Part shown: positions 10,101 to 18,909 of the stretch, one piece after another | Numbering within the stretch: position 1 is the stretch's first letter | Layout of the letters: every line of letters begins with the position of its first letter | DNA from: a bacterium | GTDB taxonomy: Bacteria > UBA10199 > 2-02-FULL-44-16 > JAAZCA01 | DNA length: 64,000 nt | Assembly: GCA_963674695.2 (NCBI GenBank) | Contig: CAXXGI010000003.1 | Coordinates: forward strand, 704,001-768,000 | Direction: 5' to 3' | Position numbers and translations under genes: made by a program | Notes under the pieces: generated by a model | Seen by the model: only the letters and a program-made list of their open reading frames with translations | Told to the model about the DNA's origin: nothing | Database searches by the model: none

Positions 10101-11462
10101 GGGGACGTTGATCATGAACTCACCGTTCATGTCGCCCAGGTCGATGAGGCCCATGCCGGACGCTTCACTCATACCCGCGACATAGCCCAGAAACCCCGGC
10201 ACATGATTGTTGATGTTGTAGACCTGCAGTTTGGCGACATTCTTCACCATATCGGCCGTACAGAATTCAGAATCAAGCCCCTGCGGACCGGAGGGAACCT
10301 CCTGGTCTGACGGCCACTTGATGACCGCACCATGGATGAAGACCACTTCCTTGGTCTCGGTAATCTGATTGCCGTCGGCGTCCACCTGCACCGTGCCATC
10401 CTCGTTGCGCACCGGATAGTCGGCGGTGGAAGCCTGCACGCTGTAGAGGCGCACGGACGTGTTGAACTTGGTCGCGATGAAGTTATTCGTATCGTTCGTC
10501 TTCATCTTCATGTTCACCGCACCGGCCGCACTCGTTGCCGTCGAGGCCAGAAGCAGCTCATCCATCGTCTGCATATTCTCGAGCGAGGCGAATCCGTCGA
10601 CATCCGTTCCACCCGTGATATATCGGTTGGTCGGGATGAAACGGTTGCCATGCGCTTCAGAGGCATTGTTGATACGAATCACCTTGCCGCCAATCGAACC
10701 ACTCGCACCGCAGTTGGGCATGATGAAGTTGTCGGTCGCATTGTCACCGAAGACGAAGGCATCGCCGCCCACGCCCACGACCCAGACGTGATCGAGGACG
10801 TTGTTGGAACCGTTGACACAAATAGCGTTCTTGCCCGCCGGCACGCCCTTGATCTTGATGTTGGAGAGTTTGACCGCATCGGAATCGATCTGAATGGCGC
10901 AATCGACCTCATTGCCATCGCCGTCGGTCCAGGCCTTCATCGCACTGGCGTCGAGCGTGATGACGCGACGCTGATAGTCTTTTTCGCCCGCTTCGAATCC
11001 ACATTCCCCTGCATCTTCGCCATCATAGATCAGGGTGCCATCGCCGTCTGTCGCGGGTGCTGCAGCACAGGCCGCCACACCAGAGATCTGATAGTAGCTC
11101 CCTTCCTGTCCCACGATCTCAACTCCGCGCCGCTCGGTCTTATTGATCAACACATGATCACCCATGGCGCGCGAGCCGATGATGAGCGGATACGTCATAT
11201 TGATCGTCCCCGAAGAGGGTTGGACCAAGATGCGTTTCTTACACGCCTGTTTGGTGGAATTGGCGTAGGCCATGGCGACCCCGAGGGTCGTGACCGAGTG
11301 ATCCTGCATCGTGCCCCAATACGGGCTCTTCACGACGCACTCGTTCGTGCCCATGCCGCCATACGGAAATTCCCAGGCCGAGGCTGGCTGTGACATCGCC
11401 AACATCGTCCCGAAAACTGCCAGGATGGCCACCACTATTTTCACTGTCCGTTTGACCTTCAT
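7182..11462 (-). CDS. Large surface protein: signal peptide, probable beta-helix N-domain, many DxDxDG (thrombospondin type 3-like, Ca-binding) repeats, MYXO-CTERM-like C-terminal sorting signal
   Basis: MKVKR..ASA signal; many DTDGDG/DSDGDG motifs and Cys pairs; C-terminus GCSLVG...MFYLMGLLLGLTKLVSRRKREK (GC, TM, basic tail). Confidence 0.8.
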   Translation of the reverse strand: MKVKRTVKIVVAILAVFGTMLAMSQPASAWEFPYGGMGTNECVVKSPYWGTMQDHSVTTLGVAMAYANSTKQACKKRILVQPSSGTINMTYPLIIGSRAMGDHVLINKTERRGVEIVGQEGSYYQISGVAACAAAPATDGDGTLIYDGEDAGECGFEAGEKDYQRRVITLDASAMKAWTDGDGNEVDCAIQIDSDAVKLSNIKIKGVPAGKNAICVNGSNNVLDHVWVVGVGGDAFVFGDNATDNFIMPNCGASGSIGGKVIRINNASEAHGNRFIPTNRYITGGTDVDGFASLENMQTMDELLLASTATSAAGAVNMKMKTNDTNNFIATKFNTSVRLYSVQASTADYPVRNEDGTVQVDADGNQITETKEVVFIHGAVIKWPSDQEVPSGPQGLDSEFCTADMVKNVAKLQVYNINNHVPGFLGYVAGMSEASGMGLIDLGDMNGEFMINVPKDGQQILIVPELTGNSIARSSQVINVADDMSQVQCEGGGFGAPTGGTNGNPGNRLNRKRFMSKYECLKKRNLLIGTSATGIQAPGYDTDGDNIPDDREDTNRNCDCTDDTTCWYMADTDGDGLHDGVDPVPDNDDQDNDNLKDGAEDRNQLVYATNPSGTRAAKNYLYTFESYDSMYPVPDANGNPIECQLGSMDDIGVRYVWFKLDAGGNPVDEDRRAFASSAQNSYDIEIFACKNQMLANPANFDGDRDEDNAELDMTDADSDGDGWCDGNGSGCANASQSNDACPLIANTVGNTCGGQYPCTPKLMFYTIDPRYVVFDEGIPVSLRDSGKVVTGYDETGAVIEAEAGDGSPMGADGVPDIFQVTGGYLGIASLAGDTDQDGIPDVVENPSGACTGDCGSAIGQSGSDVSLRHYCEDSDGDGYSDGWKSTEATSGSDVCPITAGPGRDGFDATASNYSCPNPRELYVGRKILAFFLDRDGDGLRDGLEDRNQDGKFNNKVLGLKGVEGVAEVLDAEVLAAAGVSEVTPTESDALDPDSDGDGITDFVEVTGWPYPTNPADEDTDDDDLLDLEENFDGIDEINFQIHQGAEGCPQIGTHDTHPLLRDSDGDSLYDGVEIDADGTIDLIIGTEFLARILEEGALSSGIPMISDPTIKDSDKDGLDDDKEYEGGLIKYFNSNPCMRDSDNDSEEDDEENPGCRLNEDPTCIGSADGSTSGGIDSDEDGLPNSLEDINGNGIVDAGETDPMNEDTDGDGVWDGKNPADDTGEDVNLNGIYEPHLGESDPLNADTDGDSITDGYELRYGTDPTNIDSDGDCIPDGPMMVPGPDGQLIQSTGEDANQNGIFDMGVETNALSSDTDGDGLPDGWVASSGTGEDLNCDGVRNVREGGQYSETDGRNPDSDMDGIPDMDEMMSGGYFNLANIGRATSGQEGCSLVGSASGAPTSMFYLMGLLLGLTKLVSRRKREKTSA

Positions 11463-11526
11463 GAGGTCCTCCTCATGTACCGCGTTGGTTCACACCCCCA
11501 CCTACTGTATTCGCCCCAAAGGCTCA

Positions 11527-12750
11527 TCACTTGCTGCTCTTCTTCGCAAAATCGACGGTCTCGCCGACAACCCACTTCAGTCCGCCCATGATGGTCGCGT
11601 TGACCGGCGAATTGAGATTGTCGAAGCCGTAGTAATGCTTCCCCTCGCCCGCCTCCATCTGGCCAACCTCTTCGCGCATGCGTGTCGTACCTTCAGCGCG
11701 CAGGAACCCATAAAAACCGGCAGCTCCCAATCCCGCTTCAGCACCGAAGAGAAAGGCATCCATGCTGAGGCTCGTTTTATTTTCCAGTCCGAGCAGGATG
11801 TCATCCGACCAGACCCGCTTCCACCCGAGAAATCCGCGTGCATACGCGTTAAATCCGTTATCGGCGTGATATTTCGCTCCGACACCCGCATCGACACCGA
11901 AGTGAGAGACCGTCCCCCTCTTGGTGCCATTGGCCTGATCTCCGGGAGCAGTAATGTTGCCCCAGCCACCGAAGACATCGAGACCGGCCTGTCCGGTCCA
12001 GAATCCCTCGCCGCTATGCGCACGGGCCTTGCCCCATCCCTTAAAGGAAGGCCAGATGCCAAGCGTCAGGCGATTCTGAAAGATGTCGCTGGTTGAGGCA
12101 AAATGCCCTTGGTCCCCGGGCAGATCGAGACTCGCATCGGCGCCCGGACCCTGCGGCGCGGTGACCTGCTGGCCCAGGAAGATGCCGGCCCAGCTCACCT
12201 CGAACATCTGCCCCCAGCTATAATAATAGTGTTTCTTTGTGTTCTTTGATTTTTTCTTCTTCTTGCTCTTTTTCTTCTTACCCATGTCGATCGGGTCCTT
12301 TTTCTTGCCCTTCCTTGTCTTTTTGCTCTTGCGGCGACGTCGGCGAGAGGTACGCGTCTCCTCTTCCTCCTCCGCTTCATCGGCCTCCTCCGCTTCATCG
12401 GCCTCTTCCGCTTCGTCGGCTTCATCAACAGCCTCGTCATCATCGACAGCCTCTTCCTCGTCGACGGCCTCTTCCTCGTCGGCCTCTTCGGCGCCATATG
12501 CAGCAGCGCACTTCGAGGCACTGCGCGAGCATTCATAGAGGCGTTCTCCCGCCTCCGAATCAGAGTCAGCTCTCACGAATTCATCGAGCTGCTCGCGCTC
12601 GCAGCTACTGACATCCTCGGCGTCCTCGCATGCATCACCGATTTCATCCATAACTTCGCCGATGTCCTCCTGACAGGCCGGAGCAGCTTCACCCGCAGCG
12701 TTTGTGCACTTTGTCAGCAGAGTATTGAGAATTTCGCCGGCTCCGATCAT
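11527..12750 (-). CDS. Orphan protein: Cys-containing N-domain, Glu/Asp-rich tract, Lys/Arg-rich tract, beta-barrel-like C-domain
   Basis: Strong SD AAGGAGG; EEADEAEE repeats, then RRRRRKSKK..KKKKSKKKKKSK, then alternating aromatic/Gly beta strands. Confidence 0.75.
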   Translation of the reverse strand: MIGAGEILNTLLTKCTNAAGEAAPACQEDIGEVMDEIGDACEDAEDVSSCEREQLDEFVRADSDSEAGERLYECSRSASKCAAAYGAEEADEEEAVDEEEAVDDDEAVDEADEAEEADEAEEADEAEEEEETRTSRRRRRKSKKTRKGKKKDPIDMGKKKKSKKKKKSKNTKKHYYYSWGQMFEVSWAGIFLGQQVTAPQGPGADASLDLPGDQGHFASTSDIFQNRLTLGIWPSFKGWGKARAHSGEGFWTGQAGLDVFGGWGNITAPGDQANGTKRGTVSHFGVDAGVGAKYHADNGFNAYARGFLGWKRVWSDDILLGLENKTSLSMDAFLFGAEAGLGAAGFYGFLRAEGTTRMREEVGQMEAGEGKHYYGFDNLNSPVNATIMGGLKWVVGETVDFAKKSSK

Positions 12751-12806
12751 AACGTCCTCCTTGATAATAGACCCTAGAGACTCTTCCCCTTATTCCTCCA
12801 TCCTCA

Positions 12807-12833
12807 TTATCGGAGCGAAACGCCAAAAGTTGC
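12807..12833 (-). promoter_or_regulatory. Sigma-28-like promoter P1 (GCAAC-N15-CCGATAA)
   Basis: Minus strand gacGCAACttttggcgtttcgctCCGATAA, 56 nt upstream of the ATG at 12750. Confidence 0.75.
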
Positions 12834-13090
12834 GTCGTTTTTCAGCATTGCGAAAAAAGAAGATATCTTTATGAAATATATGTGGATTTTAGAACTGCCA
12901 AACGGCGTTCACGCCCGTCATTTCAAAAGAGTTTCCCGCAGATTTCCATTTCACGCACACCCGCGGCCACGACGGTTTGTCACTTCCCCACCCGAACGAG
13001 ACCAAAATGACCGGTGTATCATCATAATAGGGGGACAGCATCGGTATGCGCCAAAGACCGAACCGATTGGGCGGAGGGATGAATATCATG

Positions 13091-13155
13091 CCGAAAAGTG
13101 GTCAAAGGCGACCACTACGAAGGCCGTTTGTGGTGGTAACATTTTGCCACTTCGG
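13091..13155. repeat. Family C palindrome (AAAAGTGGTCAAA..ACCACTACGAA..), degenerate copy
   Basis: Shares aaaagtggtcaaa..accactacgaa.ggcc with the copy at 62426-62526. Confidence 0.65.
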
Positions 13156-13207
13156 TGCAGTTGGAACGATATCTTGAAGCCATCGTCCGGGAGGATAAAG
13201 GATCCGT

Positions 13208-13260
13208 CGAGATTCCCCCGCCACACAACCGGCGGGCAGGCTGCCTTCACGGGAATGACA
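13208..13260. repeat. Family A half-copy with nested CCCGCC-N-GGCGGGCAGG hairpin insert
   Basis: cgagattcc[cccgccacacaaccggcgggcagg]ctgccttcacgggaatgaca; same insert at about 14604-14628. Confidence 0.75.
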
Positions 13261-13292
13261 CCCTTCTGTAATGCGAGGCTTCGGAGGTGAGA

Positions 13293-14471
<1,179 letters not shown>

Positions 14472-14552
14472 GAAACCTCCGTGATTCGTTACTCGTTACT
14501 CGTGACTGCTGAAAAAGTCATTTCGTGTTGTCATGTTCGTAAAAACGGAGTT

Positions 14553-14648
14553 TGTCATTCCCGTGGAAACGGGAATCTCGCTTTTTACGGTACATCGAGA
14601 TCCCCCCGCCACACAACCGGCGGGCAGGCTGCGTTCACGGGGATGACA
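14553..14648. repeat. Family A palindromic repeat with nested hairpin insert, flanked by CTCGTRA heptamer remnants
   Basis: tgtcattcccgtggaaacgggaatctcg...cgagatcc[cccgccacacaaccggcgggcagg]ctgcgttcacggggatgaca; heptamers at about 14486-14506 and 14675-14694. Confidence 0.85.
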
Positions 14649-14691
14649 ACAGCAGGGTTTGTCAGCAACCTGGCAACTCGTAACCGACGAG

Positions 14692-15654
14692 TCATGGCTC
14701 ATACGGAAACTTCTCGGCCAGTTCCTCGACGAGTTTTTTTGCCTCGGCAGAGAGTTTTTTTGGCGGCACGATGTTGACGACCACGAACTGATCGCCCGTC
14801 TTGCCCTTCTTGCCGATGATCGGCGCGCCTTTTCCCGCGATGCGAAACTTCTGCCCCCCCTCGGTACCGGCCGGGATCTTCATGCGCTGCACTCCGGTAA
14901 TCGTGGGCACATGCACCGAACCGCCGAGCATCGCGTTATAGACGGTGATGGGCACCTCGGTATAGATGTCGGCCCCCTCACGCCAGAAATTCTTGTGCGG
15001 TTCGACATGGACGCGCAGGAAGAGGTCGCCCGAGGCGCCGCCGCCGAATCCCGGCTGTCCCTTCCCCGCAACGCGCACCTTGGAACCGTTATCGATGCCA
15101 GCCGGGATCTTGACCGTGAGTTTTTCGACCTTGTCACCTCGACGGATGGAGATCTTGCTCTGCGTCCCACCCACGGCATCTTCAAAACCGATTTCGATGT
15201 CGGCATAGGTGTCGTGCCCGTTGACCGGCTGCGCCCCCTCGGTGCGCTTGCCCCACTCCTGCCGATATTCGCCCCGCCGCACGCCCCCCATATCGAAGAG
15301 GTCGCGGAAGAGATCGCCCATATCGCCCTGAAAGTTGACCTCGCGCCAATCGCCACCGGAGCCGCCCTGCTCCCAGGCATGACCGCCAAAACCGCCCGCC
15401 CCCGGCGCCCCGGCACCCGGCCCGGCCCCACCGCTGAACTGGCCGTATTGACGATACATATCATACTGTTTGCGCTGCTTGGCATCGGACAGGACGTTAT
15501 AGGCCTCGGAGATATCCTTGAATTTTTCCTCGGCGGCCTTATCCCCCTTATTCACATCGGGATGATGTTGTTTTGCCAGCCGCCGATAGGCTTTTTTGAT
15601 CTCATCGTCGGAAGCGCCGGGCGGAACGCCCAAGATTTGATAGTAGTCACTCAT
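14692..15654 (-). CDS. DnaJ class B / CbpA-like chaperone (J domain, G/F region, C-terminal domain, no Zn finger)
   Basis: [27 protein letters not shown]; [19 protein letters not shown]; no CxxCxGxG repeats. Confidence 0.9.
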   Translation of the reverse strand: MSDYYQILGVPPGASDDEIKKAYRRLAKQHHPDVNKGDKAAEEKFKDISEAYNVLSDAKQRKQYDMYRQYGQFSGGAGPGAGAPGAGGFGGHAWEQGGSGGDWREVNFQGDMGDLFRDLFDMGGVRRGEYRQEWGKRTEGAQPVNGHDTYADIEIGFEDAVGGTQSKISIRRGDKVEKLTVKIPAGIDNGSKVRVAGKGQPGFGGGASGDLFLRVHVEPHKNFWREGADIYTEVPITVYNAMLGGSVHVPTITGVQRMKIPAGTEGGQKFRIAGKGAPIIGKKGKTGDQFVVVNIVPPKKLSAEAKKLVEELAEKFPYEP

Positions 15655-15733
15655 GGCCGAGCATCATGATGGGCCAAGCCTGCCTTGTCAATATGCCAGA
15701 CAACATTGATCGTGCAGAGCGTGAGGCAAAAGC

Positions 15734-15790
15734 CCGGCAGCGTGTTTTTCGGGGACCGCCGTCTCGATGGCTTCGAGAAAAAAACAGCCG
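15734..15790. repeat. Truncated copy of family B MITE-like element
   Basis: ccggcagcgtgtttttcggggaccgccgtctcg matches the left end of the 25027-25170 copy. Confidence 0.6.
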
Positions 15791-15939
15791 CACTCCGTCC
15801 AGCTGGAATGCCTCATATGTACGCTTCCGCTCCGCTCACACGTTTTGGCATCTGACTCAAGCCGATTTTCCTCATGAACTCACCCGCAACCACATTCTAT
15901 TCTGGCGGGCTCAAACATCATGATGACAAACGCTGCTGT

Positions 15940-16034
15940 TGTCATCCCCGCGAAAGCGGGGATCTCGGTGTGCCTTGACAATCGAGATCCCCGCTGGAGC
16001 CTGTCCTGAGCGTAGCCGAAGGGCGGGGATGACA
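15940..16034. repeat. Family A palindromic repeat with a different nested insert (CCTGTCCTGAGCGTAGCCGAAGG)
   Basis: tgtcatccccgcgaaagcggggatctcg...cgagatccccgct[ggagcctgtcctgagcgtagccgaagg]gcggggatgaca. Confidence 0.85.
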
Positions 16035-16114
16035 CATCTGCAGGCAAGGCACGTATGCAATGTTATCGCAACGCCTCACATCTATTTGCATGAACACATC
16101 GTGACCAGTGCAAG

Positions 16115-16573
16115 TTAATGCAGGAAAGAATCTTCTGGGCCGAGGGCTTCTTCGACGAGGGGGCGGCGGTGTTCGGCATCTTCGCCAACCGCGTGCCAGT
16201 GGCGCACTTCGTTTTCGCCATACTGCCAGGAGAGCAGGATCTCGTCGCGGCCGAGCCAGGAATAGATGCTCACGATGCCGTGATCGAGATCCTCGATGAC
16301 CACGCCGAGCGCGTGAATTTCATCGAGCAAACCGGCATATTCCTCGGAGAGACGGCGAAACTGGCGATGGAGGAGATAGGCGACGGGATGTCCCGTCGTC
16401 TCCGTCTCGCCGGCGGCCTCATCGGGACCGAGCTCAATGCCCAGCTCGCGGGCACGACGTGAAAGCTCATTGACCTTATTCTGAATGCGGCCGAGTTCGG
16501 CGAAGAGCAGTTCCAGCCGCGGGATCAGCGAATTGGCCTCATCGATGGTGTAGTAACTGCGGCGCTCGTGCAT
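16115..16573 (-). CDS. DUF2203-like protein
   Basis: YYTIDEANSLIPRL..GVVIEDLDHGIV..EILLSWQYGENEVRHWH pattern typical of DUF2203; SD GGAGG before the ATG at 16573. Confidence 0.75.
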   Translation of the reverse strand: MHERRSYYTIDEANSLIPRLELLFAELGRIQNKVNELSRRARELGIELGPDEAAGETETTGHPVAYLLHRQFRRLSEEYAGLLDEIHALGVVIEDLDHGIVSIYSWLGRDEILLSWQYGENEVRHWHAVGEDAEHRRPLVEEALGPEDSFLH

Positions 16574-16592
16574 GCGCGTGCCTCCGTTTCGC

Positions 16593-17150
16593 TCACCCAT
16601 TCCCCTTGGCGTGGGTGATCTCTTTCTGTGCTTGATACTTCCCCTTCTTGTCCGCGTAGGAGACCGCACAGGTCTCGCTGGCCTCGAGGAAGAGAATCTG
16701 TCCGATGCCCTCGCCCGCGTAGATCCGTGCTGGTCGGGATGTCGTATTCGCGATGGCGATCGTAGCGTGCCCCTCCCACTCGGGTTCGAAGGGAGTCACA
16801 TTGATGGTGACACCACACCGAGCGTAGGTCGACTTGCCATAACAGATCGTGAGCACATCCCGCGGAATGCGAAAATATTCCACCGTCTGCGCCAACACAT
16901 AGCTATTGCCGGGGATCTCGCAGACATCCCCTTCGAAATCGCGGAAATGAATCTGATCGAAAGCCTTCGGGTCCATGACGGCCGTATCGCCCGGCACATA
17001 GATCTTGAATCGCCGATCGATACGAAAATCGTAGCCATAAGAGGAGAGCCCGTAGGAGATCCCGGATCGAACCTGCTTCTCCTCAAACGGCTCGATCATA
17101 CCGTGCTCGAGTGCCTGATTTCGAATCCAACGGTCGGAATGAACGCCCAC
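16593..17150 (-). CDS. dcd: dCTP deaminase
   Basis: [41 protein letters not shown]. Confidence 0.95.
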   Translation of the reverse strand: MGVHSDRWIRNQALEHGMIEPFEEKQVRSGISYGLSSYGYDFRIDRRFKIYVPGDTAVMDPKAFDQIHFRDFEGDVCEIPGNSYVLAQTVEYFRIPRDVLTICYGKSTYARCGVTINVTPFEPEWEGHATIAIANTTSRPARIYAGEGIGQILFLEASETCAVSYADKKGKYQAQKEITHAKGNG

Positions 17151-17292
17151 GATTCCTCCTCTGCCGCGATGAATGGTCGCGCACTATACCGATGCAGACA
17201 GCGATTTCAAGCGGTGCCATCATTTTTCGAAAAAACGCTTGATTTTCGACTGCCTCCGGCCGCATCCTCCCCGTTCAAAACGAGGATTATCC

Positions 17293-17949
17293 GTGTCCCG
17301 AAAACAAACGATCATCATCGCCGCCGCTACCTTCGTGGGAATCGGATGGTTTTATCTGCTCAGCGCGACCTTCGGCGCCCCCATGACGCTCCATCTCAAT
17401 CTGTTCACCCCCGGGAAGACGGCCTATATGAAGGCATGCCCCGAGGATATCCACCAACGGTGGGTGCCGCTGGATACGATTGCACCCTTTCTGCAGCAGG
17501 CGGTGGTCATCGCCGAAGACGACCGATTTTTCGATCACCCAGGATTTGACTGGGAGGCCATCAAGACCGCGGCACGGACCAACTGGAAACGCGGGGAGAT
17601 GGCGCACGGCGCTTCGACCATCAGCCAACAGTTGGCGCGCAACCTCTTCCTCTCGCCGAACAAATCCCTCTGGCGCAAAGCGCGCGAACTCATCATCGCC
17701 CTCAAACTGGAGCGGGATCTGCCGAAGAAGCGCATCCTCGAACTCTATTTGAACGTCGTCGAATGGGGAGATTGCATCTATGGGGCCGAGGCCGCCGCGC
17801 GTCACTACTTCGGCAAACCCGCAGCCGCCCTCACCAAGCACGAGGCCGCCTGGCTCGCGGCCATCCTTCCCCAACCGCGATTCTATGATACGCACCGCAA
17901 TGGGGCTTATCTGACTTCGCGAACCACATCGATTGAAAGTCGATTGTAG
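17293..17949 (+). CDS. mtgA: Monofunctional peptidoglycan transglycosylase
   Basis: AEDDRFFDHPGFD, GASTISQQLARNLFL, RKAREL, ILELYLNVVEWG GT51 motifs; GTG start after GAGGA. Confidence 0.9.
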   Translation: MSRKQTIIIAAATFVGIGWFYLLSATFGAPMTLHLNLFTPGKTAYMKACPEDIHQRWVPLDTIAPFLQQAVVIAEDDRFFDHPGFDWEAIKTAARTNWKRGEMAHGASTISQQLARNLFLSPNKSLWRKARELIIALKLERDLPKKRILELYLNVVEWGDCIYGAEAAARHYFGKPAAALTKHEAAWLAAILPQPRFYDTHRNGAYLTSRTTSIESRL

Positions 17950-17958
17950 GGCACCTCT

Positions 17959-18000
17959 AAAAAAAATGGGCCTGAACTCCCTTGCGGGGATCCAGGCCCA
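17959..18000 (-). terminator. Intrinsic terminator downstream of the histone gene
   Basis: Stem tgggcctg..caggccca with an 8-nt U tract on the minus strand. Confidence 0.65.
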
Positions 18001-18023
18001 ATATCCACCTTCTTGAACACTTC

Positions 18024-18203
18024 TCAGATATCACGATCCTTCACCGTCTGGCGGCCGTTGTCCTTCGCCCGCGCAACGGCTTTGTCGAGCAGATCACGCA
18101 CCGCATCTGAAAGGGCATCCACCGCCGTCTCAGAGGTCTGCATGCCCTTCGCCTTCACATATTCCTTCACCTTCGATACCACGACCAATGTTTCCTTTGC
18201 CAT
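18024..18203 (-). CDS. Bacterial histone-fold protein (Bd0055/HBb-like), 59 aa
   Basis: Manual translation MAKETLVVVSKVKEYVKAKGMQTSETAVDALSDAVRDLLDKAVARAKDNGRQTVKDRDI*; SD AAGGAGGGGAG; histone RxTxxxxD clamp motif; below the ORF-track size cut-off. Confidence 0.9.
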   Translation of the reverse strand: MAKETLVVVSKVKEYVKAKGMQTSETAVDALSDAVRDLLDKAVARAKDNGRQTVKDRDI

Positions 18204-18298
18204 GACTCCCCTCCTTGCAAATGGCTATCTGTTTTCGAGTGACGGCAGTTTCGGAAATCGACCCCCTCTTGTCAAATCAAAAAGGGCATTCACCATCG

Positions 18299-18327
18299 TT
18301 GACAACGAAAAGATGCTCTGATAATTT
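18299..18327 (+). promoter_or_regulatory. Sigma-70 promoter for tRNA-Lys/tRNA-Glu
   Basis: TTGACA-N17-TAATTT followed by a GC-rich discriminator, 22 nt upstream of tRNA-Lys. Confidence 0.55.
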
Positions 18328-18349
18328 CCGCCGACTTTTTCGATGACGT

Positions 18350-18425
18350 GGGCCGCTAGCTCAGTTGGCAGAGCAGCGCCCTTTTAAGGCGCGGGTCGAA
18401 GGTTCGAATCCTTCGCGGCTCACCA
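18350..18425 (+). tRNA. tRNA-Lys(TTT)
   Basis: Cloverleaf: GGGCCGC/GCGGCTC acceptor, GCGCC-CTTTTAA-GGCGC anticodon arm, GGTTCGAATCC T arm, encoded CCA. Confidence 0.97.
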
Positions 18426-18431
18426 TGAAAG

Positions 18432-18523
18432 CAGTGGGAAGTGGGAAGTGGGAAGTGGGAAGTGAACATCGAATACCGATGGTTTCCATCGCTTTTCACT
18501 TCACACTTCTCACTTTACACTGC
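18432..18523. repeat. Heptamer array (AGTGGGA)x4 with an inverted degenerate array between the tRNAs
   Basis: cagtgggaagtgggaagtgggaagtgggaagtg ... cacttcacacttctcactttacactg. Confidence 0.75.
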
Positions 18524-18529
18524 TTTTCA

Positions 18530-18601
18530 GACCCCATCGTCTAGCGGTTAGGACACCGCCCTTTCACGGCGGCGGCACGGGTTCGAGTCCCGTTGGGGTC
18601 G
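18530..18601 (+). tRNA. tRNA-Glu(TTC)
   Basis: GACCCCA/TGGGGTC acceptor, CCGCC-CTTTCAC-GGCGG anticodon arm, GGTTCGAGTCC; CCA not encoded. Confidence 0.95.
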
Positions 18602-18602
18602 C

Positions 18603-18642
18603 AAAAAATCCGGAGAGGCTTTATGCCTCTCCGGATTTTTTT
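18603..18642. terminator. Intrinsic terminator after tRNA-Glu
   Basis: aaaaaatccggagaggc-tttat-gcctctccggattttttt perfect stem. Confidence 0.85.
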
Positions 18643-18860
18643 GCGTCCCTGGGACTCGAACGCCCGCCGAAGGCGGGCTGTTCGACGACCTTCCGACAGC
18701 CAGTCACCGAAGGTGACCCAATAATGCTGAAGTGCCGGCGCGTGGGTACCGCGCGCCGGCGCACCGTTGGGGTCGCAAAACGATTATGGCCGAGAAGGTA
18801 TCGGAACCACGGTTCCGACCGACCTCCCGACAGGCTCGCCGCGTGCTTGATAAAAATGAC

Positions 18861-18887
18861 GCAACCTTTTTGAACTCCCGCCGATAG
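18861..18887 (+). promoter_or_regulatory. Sigma-28-like promoter P2 (GCAAC-N15-CCGATAG)
   Basis: gacGCAACctttttgaactcccgCCGATAG, 22 nt upstream of the ATG at 18910. Confidence 0.75.
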
Positions 18888-18909
18888 AGGGAGAAAGGAA
18901 CTCATCTCC

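Noticed and set aside
12871-13290. 139-aa ORF between P1 and the thiolase
   Set aside because: It runs through two repeat elements and has no SD or recognisable motif; treated as non-coding.
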